The translations under genes were made by a program, and so were the position numbers. A DNA stretch of 64,000 bases from Methanotrichaceae archaeon (GTDB lineage Archaea; Halobacteriota; Methanosarcinia; Methanotrichales; Methanotrichaceae): positions 66,552 through 130,551 of the forward strand of contig CAVVKN010000003.1 in the NCBI GenBank assembly GCA_963748825.1. The letters are read 5' to 3'. This document shows positions 36,695-48,218 of the stretch, piece after piece. The notes under the pieces are model-generated. The model ran no database searches, was not told the origin of the DNA, and worked only from the letters and a program-made list of their open reading frames with translations. Numbering within the stretch: position 1 is the stretch's first letter; each line of letters begins with the position of its first letter.

Positions 36695-37837
36695 TTGACT
36701 ATGACTTTCATCTCCTATGCACAAAACTTCGAAGATGTTATGCTCTGGCGAGCGCTGAAACACATCGAAAATGGATTTTATATCGACGTTGGTGCTTGGT
36801 GGCCAGAAACAGATTCCGTAACAAAAGCATTTTATAATCATGGTTGGTCTGGCATAAACATCGAACCTGATTTTACAGCGTATTCCAGGCTGATTTGTGA
36901 AAGACCACGAGATATCAATCTGAGGATCGCCATCTCAGATTATAACGGGGAAGCGGATATCCATATTATAAAAGGCACAGGTCTCTCAACGCTCAGAAAC
37001 GACATAGCCGAAAATCATCTTGACGCGGGTTATGTAGAGACCAAAATCCGCACAGAGGTTAGAACTCTTAAAGATATTTGGAAGGATTACGTACCGCCCA
37101 ATAAGGACGTCTGTTTTCTAAAAGTCGACACCGAGGGTTTGGAAAAAGAGGTACTGATGGGCAATGACTGGTCGAAATATAGGCCCTGGATCGTTCTCGT
37201 CGAGGCTAATTTGCCAAATTCGCAACAAGAGGCCCATGAAGCTTGGGAGAATATACTGACAACTGCAGATTACCTTCTTGCATTTAAAGACGGACTTAAT
37301 CGATTTTATGTAGCCAGTGAGCATCGTGAGCTTCTGCAGGCATTTGAGTATCCGCCAAATTTTTTTGATGGCTTCAAGCTGAATGCACAGAAAAGGGCAG
37401 AGGAGAAGGCCGATGAATGCATCGAGAAGCTTTCAGACGAGATAGCTATCGTCCGTGATCAATCAGATCAGCTACTAGAGAGAGAACGCCTGCGATCTCA
37501 AATGATCGAGCGTGAACTCGAGCGTGAACTCCAGTCCCTGCACACAAGCCGATGCTGGCGAATCACCGCCCCGCTGAGGGCAGGCTTCGATCTTCTGCTC
37601 AGGGCAAAAGCAACACTTTTGCGCTTCGCCAATGCCCATCCGTCGCTGAAGGCCCGCGCCGTTTCCCAGGTTCGCAGGTATCCGCGGAACGTTGCTCGTC
37701 CCAAGTTATTGATAGGCGACACGCCCGAGCAGATCTCGATTCAGCTGCCCTTGCCGACTTCTGACTTATCTCCACAAGCTCGGCGCATCTGCGCAGATCT
37801 TAAGAATGCAATCGAGAGGAATAGGAGGCGAAACTGA
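36695..37837 (+). CDS. FkbM-family methyltransferase with coiled coil and C-terminal anchor (WbdD-like)
   Basis: SYAQNFEDVMLWR, IDVGA, GINIEP, LKVDTEG, DGLNRFYVA; then a coiled coil, WRITAPLR and LSPQARRICADLK. Confidence 0.88.
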   Translation: MTMTFISYAQNFEDVMLWRALKHIENGFYIDVGAWWPETDSVTKAFYNHGWSGINIEPDFTAYSRLICERPRDINLRIAISDYNGEADIHIIKGTGLSTLRNDIAENHLDAGYVETKIRTEVRTLKDIWKDYVPPNKDVCFLKVDTEGLEKEVLMGNDWSKYRPWIVLVEANLPNSQQEAHEAWENILTTADYLLAFKDGLNRFYVASEHRELLQAFEYPPNFFDGFKLNAQKRAEEKADECIEKLSDEIAIVRDQSDQLLERERLRSQMIERELERELQSLHTSRCWRITAPLRAGFDLLLRAKATLLRFANAHPSLKARAVSQVRRYPRNVARPKLLIGDTPEQISIQLPLPTSDLSPQARRICADLKNAIERNRRRN

Positions 37838-40800
37838 TGCGCATTGTTATAGACCTTCAGGGAGCTCAGACCAAATCCCGCTTTCGTAGCATTGGGCGCT
37901 ACAGCCTCTCGTTGGCCAAAGCCATGGTTCGCAATCATGGCAACCATGAGATCCTGATCGCCTTGAATGGCCTCTTTCCAAAGACCATCGAGCCCATTCG
38001 TGCCGCTTTCGATGGTCTCTTGCCACAGGAGAACATTCGAGTCTGGTATGCCCCTGGCCCTGTCCATGAGTGTCAGCCCGGAAACCTCTGGCGTCGCGAG
38101 GCAGCGGAGCGCATTCGTGAGGCCTTCCTGGCAAGCCTGGAGCCTGATGTGCTGTTTATTACCAGCCTTTTCGAGGGCTTTGGTGATGATGCGGTCACTA
38201 GCATTGGTGTCTTTGACCGGGGAACTCCAACCGTTGTCATTCTCTACGACCTGATCCCATTAATGAATCCTGATCTATATCAGCATCCTGATCCAGCTTG
38301 CGAGCTATTTTATCTGAGAAAGGTCGAGCATCTTAAGAGAGCCTATGCCTGGCTTGCTATCTCAGACTTCTCCGCAAATGTAGGTTCTGATGCCTTATGC
38401 CATCGTTTATTCAACATATCAATAGCGTGCGACGAATCCTTCAAGCCTGCTGAGGTCTCCCCTGAGGAAAAAGAAGGGCTGCTCCGAAAGTACGGGATCT
38501 CAAGGCCTTTCCTTTTATACACTGGTGAAGCAGATGCTCGCAAGAACCTTCATCGTCTGATCCGTGCCTATGCAAGCCTATCTCCCGATCTGAAAAGATC
38601 CTATCAGCTTGTGTTGGTAGGGGAAATTGACGAAAGAGAGGCCCGCGCCCTGCAGAGTACCGCCAGGTCAGCGGGCCAGAAGAGGGATGAGATAGTGCTC
38701 ACCGGCTACGTCTCAGATAAAGAGCTGGTATCTCTTTATAATCTCTGCAGATTGTTTATTCTGCCTTGCCTGCAGGAGGGATTTGGACTGCCAGCTCTCG
38801 AGGCGATGTCCTGCGGCGCACCTGTGATCGCATCCAATACATCCAGTCTGGCCGAGGTCATTGGTCGTGAAGATCTGCTATTTAATCCCTACTCGGAAGA
38901 ATCAATAGCGTCCAGGATAGCGGAGGTGCTAGCGAACGATGCCTTGCGCGACAAGATGCACTTGCATGGGCTTGCGCGGTCAAGAGAATTCTCCTGGAAT
39001 AAGAGCGCTAAGCAAGCTATCGCAGCACTGGAGAGAATTTATGCACAGCGACAAAATGGCTGCGAGATCACAGTGCCTTCCTGCCGCCCAAAGTTAGCCT
39101 ATATCTCGCCGCTGCCGCCTGAGCGTACAGGCATCTCTGACTACAGCGCCGAGTTGCTTCCTGAACTGGCCTGCTACTATGATATCGAGGTAATAGTCTC
39201 CCAGCCTGATGTGTCGCATCCGTGGATCATAGCAAGTCTGCCCATCCGTTCCGTCGAGTATTTCGCAAAAAATGCGGATCATTATGACCGCCTGCTCTAC
39301 CATTTCGGCAACTCACACTTCCACGCCCACATGCCAGATCTGCTCAAGCGGTTTTCCGGGGTAGCGGTCCTGCATGATTTCTATCTGGGCAATGCAATTA
39401 CTCATCAGGAGATGGGCGGGCAGAGTCCTGATAAAAGCATGGTAGAGGTTTACGATTCGCACGGGTACCTGGCGATTTGGGAGCGCTTCCATATGCAGGA
39501 TGCTGCAAAGCTCATCATCAAGTATCCATGCAACTTCAACGTAATAAAAAATGCGTCAGGCGTGATCGCGCACTCTGCCTATTCCGTGGGATTGGCTCGC
39601 GAGTGGTACGGGCTAGGAGACGACTGGGCCGTTGTTCCTCATTTGCGTGCTTTGCCCAGTACTGTGGACCGAATGGCAGCACGCATGAAGCTGGGGATTG
39701 CAGAAAATTCGTTCCTGGTTTGCAGCTTTGGCATTCTAGGTCCTATCAAGAAAAATAATGAACTGCTGAAGGCCTGGCTGAGATCGAGCCTGGCACGGGA
39801 TAACTGTTGCCAATTAGTTTTTGTGGGCGAAAACCAGGGCGGAGATTATGGAAGAGAGCTTCTGGAGGCAATTCGCGATAGCGGTCTTGAGCAGCGCATT
39901 CGCATAACCGGCTGGGCAAATACAGAAACCTTTAAAGATTTTCTGGCGGCGGCGGACGTAGCTGTTCAATTGCGTACGCTTTCCAGCGGCGAGACCTCCG
40001 GGGCGGCTTTGGATTGCATGAGCTTCGGCCTGCCCACCATAGTTAATGCCAACGGCTCGATGGCAGAGTTGACGGAGGATGCCGTGTACATGCTGCCTGA
40101 TGATTTCAGGGTCGATGAACTTACCGGGGCGTTGGAGACGCTCTGGCAGGACGCAGGGAAGCGCGAGGCACTTCGTGCGCGGGCACGCGAGGTGATCCAG
40201 ATCTGCCACGCGCCCCGTGCGTGCGCCGATCAGTACGCCAGGGTGATCGAAGGGTTCTATGCTCGCGCGCAAACGGACCGCGGGGCATTGGTTGAAGCGC
40301 TGGCCCGGCTGGAGAACTCGCCATCTGACGGGAAGTCAATAGCTAACCTGGCTGCCTCTATTGCTCAAAGTCTGCCCGAGAAGCGTCCCGCTCGCATGAT
40401 TTTTGTAGATGTCTCTACGCTGGTACAGGCAGATCTGAGGACAGGCGTTGAACGCGTGACGCGTAGCATTCTGCTGGAACTTCTTCACAACCCTCCCGGC
40501 GGCTACAGGGTAGAGCCTGTCTATGCGACGGCAGACATCCGACGGCTATCGCCATGCCCGGAAGTTTGCTTTGAGCTTCCTGCAGTGCCCTCCCCTCGGC
40601 CTGGAAGACGATCCATTAGAGCCGCAAGCAGGAGATGTTTTCCTGGGGCTTGATCTGAATCAACATGTAGTGGCAGCACAGGTGGACTATCTTGAATCCA
40701 TGCGTAGCTGTGGTGTTAGGAATTTTTTTGTTATATACGACCTGCTTCCAATAATGATGCCGGAGGCGTTCCCGCCAGGCACGGACGGGCTGCATAAAAA

Positions 40801-41732
40801 GTGGTTTAGCTCGGTTTGCCGCGTTTCAGAAGGAGTGATTTGCATATCAAGAACCGTGGGCGACGAGGCGATACAGTGGCTGGAGATAAACACAGAAAAA
40901 AGACTCAGGCCTCTGAATGTGGGCTGGCTGGCATATCGGCGCGGATATCGAAAAATCCGCAGCCACGCAGGGTCTGCCCGATGACGCCTCGCAGGTGATC
41001 GCCCAGCTATCTGCCCGTCCCAGCTTCCTGATGGTTGGCACCATTGAGCCGCGCAAGGGCTATTTACAGGCTATTTCCGCATTTGAGCAGCTCTGGAAGG
41101 ATGGATTGGATCTTAATTTGGTCATCGTGGGCAAGGAGGGCTGGAAAGATGTTCCCGGAGAGATGCGCCGAAGCATCCCGCAGATCGTGGAGAGGCTGAG
41201 AAATCATCCGGAGAATGGAAGGAGGTTACTCTGGCTGGAGGGCATCAGCGATGAATTCCTGGTGGCGATTTATCACGCCAGCGCCTGCTTGATTGCTGCT
41301 TCTGAGGGAGAGGGCTTCGGCCTGCCGCTCATAGAGGCAGCACAGCACAGGCTGCCGCTGATTGTTCGCGACATACCCGTCTTTCGCGAGGTGGCTGGAG
41401 AGCATGCTTTCTATTTCCGTGGCGAGGAGGCATCGGACCTGGCAGATGCACTCAAGTCCTGGCTGAGATTATACAAATCAAACCAGCATCCCAGCTCTGC
41501 TGGCCTGCCTTGGCTGACCTGGAAGCAATGCACGGAAAATCTGCTGGATATAATTCTAAGGGGTCAGTGGTATGCCGCTCAAAGCCCGCAGGAGGCAGGC
41601 TTTTCCGGGTCAGATGCGCGAGGCTGTCAGCTAAAAACTTGTCTGAGAAAAGGAAGAGTTGCAGCAAGGGAGCCACTCATCAGCAAGGAGCGTATCATTG
41701 CTCATGAACTGGCTGGCAATCTTTCTATTTAG
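37837..41732 (+). CDS. Three-domain GT4 glycosyltransferase (WbdA-like polymerase; frameshifts near 40540 and 40930)
   Basis: MRIVIDLQGAQ start; three GT-B modules with EGFGLPALEA, GETSGAALD and EGFGLPLIEA motifs. Confidence 0.85.
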
Positions 41733-42501
41733 TTCGATCTGCCCGATGTAGCTCTGCATTATATCCGTGCCATTTGTGATCGAGTGCAGGTCCGAGGAGC
41801 CTACGAACCGAGTGTCGATATTATAAACGGTATAATTATTGTGCAACGTTTTGGTCACGTTATCGTCGAGCCTCACTTGCAGGTGCTGACTTGTGATACG
41901 GCTGGCTTTTGATATGGCTCCAGCTCTTATATTTTCATTTATTAAATCTTCTTTATTCTGAATTTGAATATATCACTGTAAGATCTGGCCAAAAAAATTT
42001 ATGGCGTCTTGTGTATCTATATTTGTCCGAGTATAATTAAAGTCTGAGCCTTTGTTAGTTCTTCAAAAGCGAATTGCGTTTTCTGGATTGGGTTAGATTT
42101 CCATACCTGGCGCTTACACTCTGATAGGCCTTATAATCCTCATCATCAGGCCCCTCCAATTTGCTTCGCACGGCGAAGCCCCCCATCCCTTTAACATCAC
42201 TTGTCATGGTGAAAACCATAGTTGGATTGGATGTGCCAAGGCTGGACAGATTGTCGTTTTTAGGAGGAGTGTCTGTGGTGGGGGTGAACTTGGATATAGT
42301 TACCGCAGGGGTCATATAATTAGCAGGGTTCCTTGTAATAACAATAGTCTTAGGGGAATTGTATATAGGTGGGGGTGATGCAGTCCCAAAAGAGGAACCT
42401 GGACCAATCACAGCTATATTCTCCCCCCTAGCCTCATAACATTCTCCAATCAGAATGAAACCCAGCATCAATAGCAAGAGGGGAAAGAAGTTTCTGGACA
42501 T
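41631..42501 (-). CDS. Secreted hypothetical protein ending in WLPCC (several frameshifts)
   Basis: ORF 42055-42501 has the signal peptide and joins, via TNKGSDFNYTRTNIDTQDAINFFG...NKEDLINENIRAG, to ORF 41631-41876. Confidence 0.6.
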
Positions 42502-42699
42502 TGGCACCTGCTTATCCCATCTCGAACTTAAAGATTGCGGCAATATCTGATTGTGTCGGAAGAACGCGGTGGCCTCAGCACTCCTGGAGGGGGCAGACCA
42601 GGCCAGCCGCGGCTGGCGCGCCGTTATCTTTGTAGAGCACCCCCTTTTAGCACCGATGCAGGGTATCTCGTGAAGACTCCGTCGCGAAAGGCGTCCTCC

Positions 42700-43087
42700 T
42701 CGCGTTCCCAGCCCGGAGACTGTCTAGGGGACAACCATATCCGGGCCATAGAGCTTGGGTATCTTCTGGGAGAGCAAGGGCTTAAGGTAGCGATCTTCGG
42801 CTTTGGCATATTCAACCTCCAGAAGATCGCAGAGATAATGCCCTGGGAATCACTATGCTGTGCTCGATATCACCTATTTCGAAGGGTTTAGTGGACTGTT
42901 GAGAGATCTTATCCGTGCCGATCTCTTGAAGGTTCGGCTGAAGCTTTCGAGGTGTGGAAGAAGGATCAAGTCATCACCATTCAGCGCTCACCTTCGAGCC
43001 TATATGGAAGGTAATGGACTTGGTCGGCAGGGTGCATCGTGTTTGAGTTACAGCCCGAGAGATAATGCTAGGGGCCGTGTGGGTTGA
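42700..43087 (+). pseudogene. Possible degraded gene fragment
   Basis: Protein-like stretches (HIRAIELGYLLGEQGLKVAIFG; LDITYFEGFSGLLRDLI) in shifting frames; no family recognised. Confidence 0.3.
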
Positions 43088-43390
43088 TCTCTCTAAAAAC
43101 ATCATGGATATTTTGGATTCGACGATGTCACTGCTCCTCAAAGGGATTCATGCTCAGGATATATGGCTCATATCGGTTATTGGCGCATTCGGTGCGCGTT
43201 CGATCTGATTTTTATGCTAATTGCTCACTTGAATACTCACTTGATTAATACAGATTGTATCAGAATGACTTCATATTCCTTAAAGCCTTTTGATGGTTAG
43301 AATTTATAAACAAATTTTTAGAGATAGGGGCAGATTTCCTTATCGAAACATTTATTAGGCCATGTGGTAAAGGAGTGCTGATCAAAATCA

Positions 43391-43481
43391 TTGGTGTAAG
43401 GGGCGTGGGTTCAGCAGGCGCAATGAAGTTGAAATGTATTGGTTAAAGTCGCTTGCTCGGATCATGACCTTCTGATGCCAA
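43391..43481 (+). promoter_or_regulatory. Long 5'-UTR stem-loop immediately before the GGAGG RBS
   Basis: TTGGTGT-AAGGGG-CGTGGGTTC-AGCAGGCG pairs with CGCTTGCT-CGGATCATG-ACCTTCTG-ATGCCAA; TATA-like tttatta near 43350. Confidence 0.6.
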
Positions 43482-43494
43482 CGGAGGGTAATCC

Positions 43495-45322
43495 ATGAGA
43501 AATAAAAGCTTAATGGGGATGACGATAGCTATAATTCTGGCTATAATAGTAGGGCCCTCAATGGGGACTACTATGAATATGCCCAGTGGAACTCAATCCA
43601 TCACAGCCGAGGCTGGTAAATCAGTAGGAAATGTGGTGTACTCTTTCGACTACGATATAACTGGTATTCAGGCCGATATATTGGCTATTGCTACGGCAAC
43701 GGGCAAGGGGTCTGTCACGGCCAATGCCTATGGCAATGTAAATCCAGAAGCAATCGGGTCAGTAGCTACTCTTGGAGCTCTAGCTGCCACTGGTATTACC
43801 GTTAGCACTAAGGGAACGGTTGATGTCAACGTCAAGGGTACAAGCGATGACGCCAAAGTAACATCCATGGCTCAGATTCACTCGAAAGCTTCTAAGACAG
43901 CTACTTCATTAGAGGGAGAGGCCTGGATAAGATCTGAAATTGGCAACGAATGGACCGTGGCTGCTGGCGATTCGTATCAAAAGGGCAAAGTCACTGGTAT
44001 TCCTGTGGGCCAATTCTATGCTGATTCTAAGGCAGAAGGCGTAGCTTCGTATGAGGGCTCAATAACTGTTGGTCTTGTTGCTCCTGCTGTGCCTCAGACA
44101 TTCTCGGTTTCCGGCTCTACAGATGGGAAAACAACACTTAAATCTGAGGTTAAGAACGTAAAAGCAGCCATTGGCAAGACACTTTTAGGCTTAACCACAG
44201 AAAATCCGGCCTATTCTCATATGTCTTCTCACTCCCTTGTCTCAGGAGCATTCGTAGCAGGCACTAATAAGCTTGTAAGTGGAAAGATAGAAGCCGACAA
44301 TAAAAACGAAATTTCCATAGCGGCATCGAATTCACGAGATTTATGTGAGGAGGATCCGCTGGGCGGATTGAGCTGGGTTTCCGGCACAGTCGCTGGCAAA
44401 GGCGATGCCAAGAGTAAATCGTATTACAACGACTGCAATCCTACATCAGGATTGTGTGACAGGGAGACCTTTGCTGCAAACACGGAAAGGAAGACTCAAT
44501 GAGCGCCGATGTCAGGGTATCTGAAGCTGGCGATCAAGCTTATGCCCAGGCCCTGCTCAACCCAATCGCACAGGTAGAATTAAATACTGCTGCCGTTCCA
44601 CCCATGACAGATTGGGTGTCCTCTGCCACTAACAAAGTGACAACTAATGGATTAGTTGCCCGGCGTATCCCAGGGGATCAAGCTAAACAGGATGCCGGAA
44701 CGGAAGAACGTGTCTACGGAAAAGCCGCTATCGGCAGTGGCAATTGGAAGGCAGCCGCAAGCCACATCGGATTCACACGTACGGCTTGGCCGGCCCTAGT
44801 AGAAACCACTAATGTTTACTCCGATGTTGCGGTATCTGGCGCGTTAGGAAAGGTCAATATAAATAATCCTGACCAGCCGATGGGCATGAATGCGGCAGCA
44901 TTCCTCCTGTTCAAACAGGATCCCGCTCAAGCTGCAATCACAAATGAGCAAAGTGCTGTGGCTGATGAGCAGACGAATAAGTTATCAACATCCATCAAGA
45001 ATACAGGGCTTGCCCAAGGTCCAAGGGCAGCGAGTTTGGCGGCGTATCTACTTGGGATGGCGAAGGCTTCTATGCTGCCTTCAAGAATCTGAATGTGAAG
45101 GCAGCAGATGATAATGCAGCAACCACGAAGGTGTTTTCCACGTCCATGCCAGATGCTCAGGCATATATGTGGATTGATGGCACCAACGACGCTATGTATA
45201 ATGGCCCTGGCTTCATAGTAAATCCAACCCCAACTATGACTCAACGCAACCGGCACATATACTGGAGTGCAGTTCGCCTTCACGCCTTCCATGACCGAGA
45301 GGAAGACTCAGGTTACAGCTGA
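43495..45322 (+). CDS. Large secreted Ala/Thr/Gly/Ser-rich beta-strand protein (split by frameshifts near 44500 and 45060)
   Basis: Signal peptide; three consecutive ORFs of the same composition; followed by a long T-tract. Confidence 0.7.
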
Positions 45323-45355
45323 TACAAATCAGGCATCACCGTAAGCTGAGGCTAC

Positions 45356-45374
45356 CTTTTTTTTCTTTTTTTTT
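45356..45374 (+). terminator. Archaeal oligo-T terminator
   Basis: cttttttttcttttttttt downstream of the secreted gene. Confidence 0.65.
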
Positions 45375-45390
45375 AATCTCCAGACAGGTC

Positions 45391-46740
45391 GTGTTTTTAA
45401 TGTCAAAAGCATTAATCTTCCTAAGCCTAATCTTGCTGCTCTGCCTTCCTGCCTATGGTAGGATGGAGATGGGCGGCGGATGGGCAATCAGCAGCGAAGG
45501 CCAGGCGTCGAACAGCGGCCAGAGCCAAATCTCCTCGATCTCGGGCGATCCGTCTATAACTTTGGGCGTTGTATCCTCTTCCAGCCTCTACGGACCTGGC
45601 AATGTCAATTCTATAAGAGAAGGCTCGATAAGCGACAGCCTTAGCCTGGGTGGCTTCGGTCTTTCCGCCAGCTTCGATGGTGATGTCCAGTCCCAGGTCA
45701 TTCTGACCAGTGCAGGCACCGCCTCGGCTGCATCCTTCGTGGGCGTGACGGCAACCGGCCTGCCCACGGGATTTGGCAGCGATGAGATCTTCGGTACGGC
45801 TGACGTAAACACCGAGGGATTCCTGCACGGCGTGGGCTCGGCCACCGCCAGTGCCAGCGGCTCCTCAAGCTACGGGGTTACGCGGGACGGCACAGCCTCC
45901 GAGGTCTGGGGACAAGCACAGGGAAGCAGCAGCACCTCATTGGTGGGCTCGTCCTCTGATTCTTACGCCAGCACAGGCGGTAAGAAGAATGGCATCCATG
46001 CCGAGTCCAGCGTTCTCTACAATCGCCGGGGCGAGGTATCCGACAGCTCCGTTGATACCGTCTCTGCCTATGCATCGGCCCTGAACAGCGCTACAGCTAC
46101 CGTTTCCGTATCCGGCGAGGCCCAGAGCGGCGGCTGGGACCCAAGCGCGACCGGGACCAAGACCAGGAAGGTCAACGAGATCACCACAGCCACTGCCTCA
46201 GGAACCTTGACCGCCGAGGCCTCAGCACCAGGCTCAGGGGATGTAGCGGATGTATCGGCAATAGTTGAAGCCTCTGCCACTCGCAACTCTGTCCAGTACG
46301 CAGGCCTGCAAAAGGGCCTCTACGTTTCGGGCGGGCCGTCCACCTACGCCTCATCGATCTTGTCCTCTTCTTCAGATGAGGCCAATGCCCACGCTAAGAT
46401 AGCGGATGCTTTATGGGGTTCCGTGGCAAGGCAGACGGGCAGCACTGCGCTTGAGTGGGGCAAGATGACTCGGTTGAATGCGGTGCCATATCCCTAGAGT
46501 CTGGAGCCTCAGGATTGGCATTCGCCAAGCTCCTCTTGAGCTCGGATCTTCTGGAGCGGGCGGAGCCATCAGCTCCTCCGGAAACATGACCATCGCCACT
46601 TCTGCCGAGGTTTCTGGCGTCCAAGAAGGCTGCGGCCGGAGCAATGATCTACGGCTTGGGCGAAGGGGATACTTGGACCGATGACGGCTTATGCACAATT
46701 CGGCTGGCTATATCGGCGATGCAAGCCGAGCTTGTAGATC
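45391..46740 (+). CDS. Secreted Ser/Gly/Ala-rich beta-strand protein (frameshifted C-terminus, end approximate)
   Basis: Signal peptide; composition and spacing resemble the upstream gene; similar sequence continues past 46497 in other frames. Confidence 0.65.
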
Positions 46741-46971
46741 ACTAGTCCTTTGTCAGCTCTGAGGTGGTCAAAGGGCGAGATAAGGACCTTTGCCAAGCAT
46801 ACCTGGATTTCTGCCGAGCCCCGCGGCACGGCAATTCTCGCCAAACCCTATTGGCATAGACACCACTGTAGATCCCATGTACGCCTGGTCCAGCACGGAA
46901 GGCTGGTATTACCAGGCGCACTAACCTTTTTATTTCCGGGGCATAAACAACCCGAACGGGTGGTGATCAAC

Positions 46972-47892
46972 GTGTTGAATTTGCAGGCAGGACAGTTGCT
47001 AAGATGCCTCATGGCGCTTCTGCTGGTAAGCTGTGCCTTTCCCAATCTTGCCCAGGAGGCCACGGCCTATCCCCTGGAGGCGGCTGGCACCTGGCCCCAG
47101 GATCAGCTGAGCCTAATTGCAGAGAGGATTGGCCTTAGAGGCGATGCTGAGATGGGGCAGGCCATGCTGGCCAAGCCTGATGAGGTCGGCAGCGGCGACA
47201 TCATACTGGATGTGAGCGATGGTGCCGACGCCTACATCCCCCGTGCCGTCCACATCAACTACACCGCGCTAAGCGGCGAGAATAAAACCCTCAAGCCGCC
47301 TGAGGATCTGGCCGAGATCTTCGGGAACGCTGGCATATCGGATAAGGACTCTGTGGTCATCTACGGCGAATGCGAACCCTGCGGAGGATCCGGTGTCACT
47401 TTGCATCCCTCCACCTACACCTACTTCGCCCTGCTCTCCCTGGGCCATCAGAATCTCCGGATGCTCGATGGTGGCCTGAAGGGCTGGATTGCTGCAGGAA
47501 AGCCCACGACCGGGAATCTTTCCACCAGGCCTGCCGTTCGCTACATCCCTTATCCCCGGCGGGATCTGCAAGCTTCCATCAGTTACGTCAAAGAGAATGC
47601 GGTGCAGCTTGTCGACGCCAGAACCATCAGCGAGTTTGGGGTGTCATCCATTCCTGGTTCGGTAAATATACCTGCTGATAGGGTGGCTGTGAACAGCAGC
47701 TTTTGCAGTGATGAAGAGCTGGAGATGCTCTTTAATGGACTGAGCAAAGACAAGCCCGTGGTGGTCTATACTGCCACGGGCCTGAAGGCCTCAGTTGTCT
47801 GGTTCGCCCTGGAGAAGATGGGGTATCAGGCAAAGCTCTTCGTCTTGGGAGAATGGGCGAGAGACAATCAGCCCCTGGTGAAGCCGAACTAA
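46972..47892 (+). CDS. Secreted tandem rhodanese-domain (sulfurtransferase-like) protein
   Basis: YIPRAVHI, SVVIYG, MLDGGLKGW, LVDART..EF...IPGSVNIP; N-terminal hydrophobic signal. Confidence 0.82.
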   Translation: MLNLQAGQLLRCLMALLLVSCAFPNLAQEATAYPLEAAGTWPQDQLSLIAERIGLRGDAEMGQAMLAKPDEVGSGDIILDVSDGADAYIPRAVHINYTALSGENKTLKPPEDLAEIFGNAGISDKDSVVIYGECEPCGGSGVTLHPSTYTYFALLSLGHQNLRMLDGGLKGWIAAGKPTTGNLSTRPAVRYIPYPRRDLQASISYVKENAVQLVDARTISEFGVSSIPGSVNIPADRVAVNSSFCSDEELEMLFNGLSKDKPVVVYTATGLKASVVWFALEKMGYQAKLFVLGEWARDNQPLVKPN

Positions 47893-47913
47893 TAAGGCAA
47901 GGACGCTTCGAAT

Positions 47914-48204
47914 ATGTTTTCTATCTGCTCAAGCATCAAACGCGCGATCAAGGATCTGCTCCGCCCCATCCTGTCTTTTCTGATCAAGTTCGCCCTAGCT
48001 CATCCAGCACTGAGAGAATGGTTTTTAAATTTTGTGCCCATGTTCCCCGCCCTTGAGGAACGGCTGTATAAGTTTGCCGTTTCGACGGGGCTAGTGAAGC
48101 TTAAAATGCCTATGCCTATTATAAGATCAATAGATCCCTTAAAGCTCACACCCAAAGCCAATCTCATCTATATTGATCTGAAAGCTGCCAATGAAACAAC
48201 ATAA
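47914..48204 (+). CDS. Small protein resembling the C-terminal anchor of the FkbM/WbdD-like protein
   Basis: FALAHPALR vs FANAHPSLK, and LTPKANLIYIDLKAA vs LSPQARRICADLKNA. Confidence 0.6.
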   Translation: MFSICSSIKRAIKDLLRPILSFLIKFALAHPALREWFLNFVPMFPALEERLYKFAVSTGLVKLKMPMPIIRSIDPLKLTPKANLIYIDLKAANETT

Positions 48205-48218
48205 CAAGAGGGCCTGAA

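Noticed and set aside
41631-41732. Functional convergent gene overlap
   Set aside because: The GT4 tail after GQWY is unconserved relative to its paralogs and may result from an indel.
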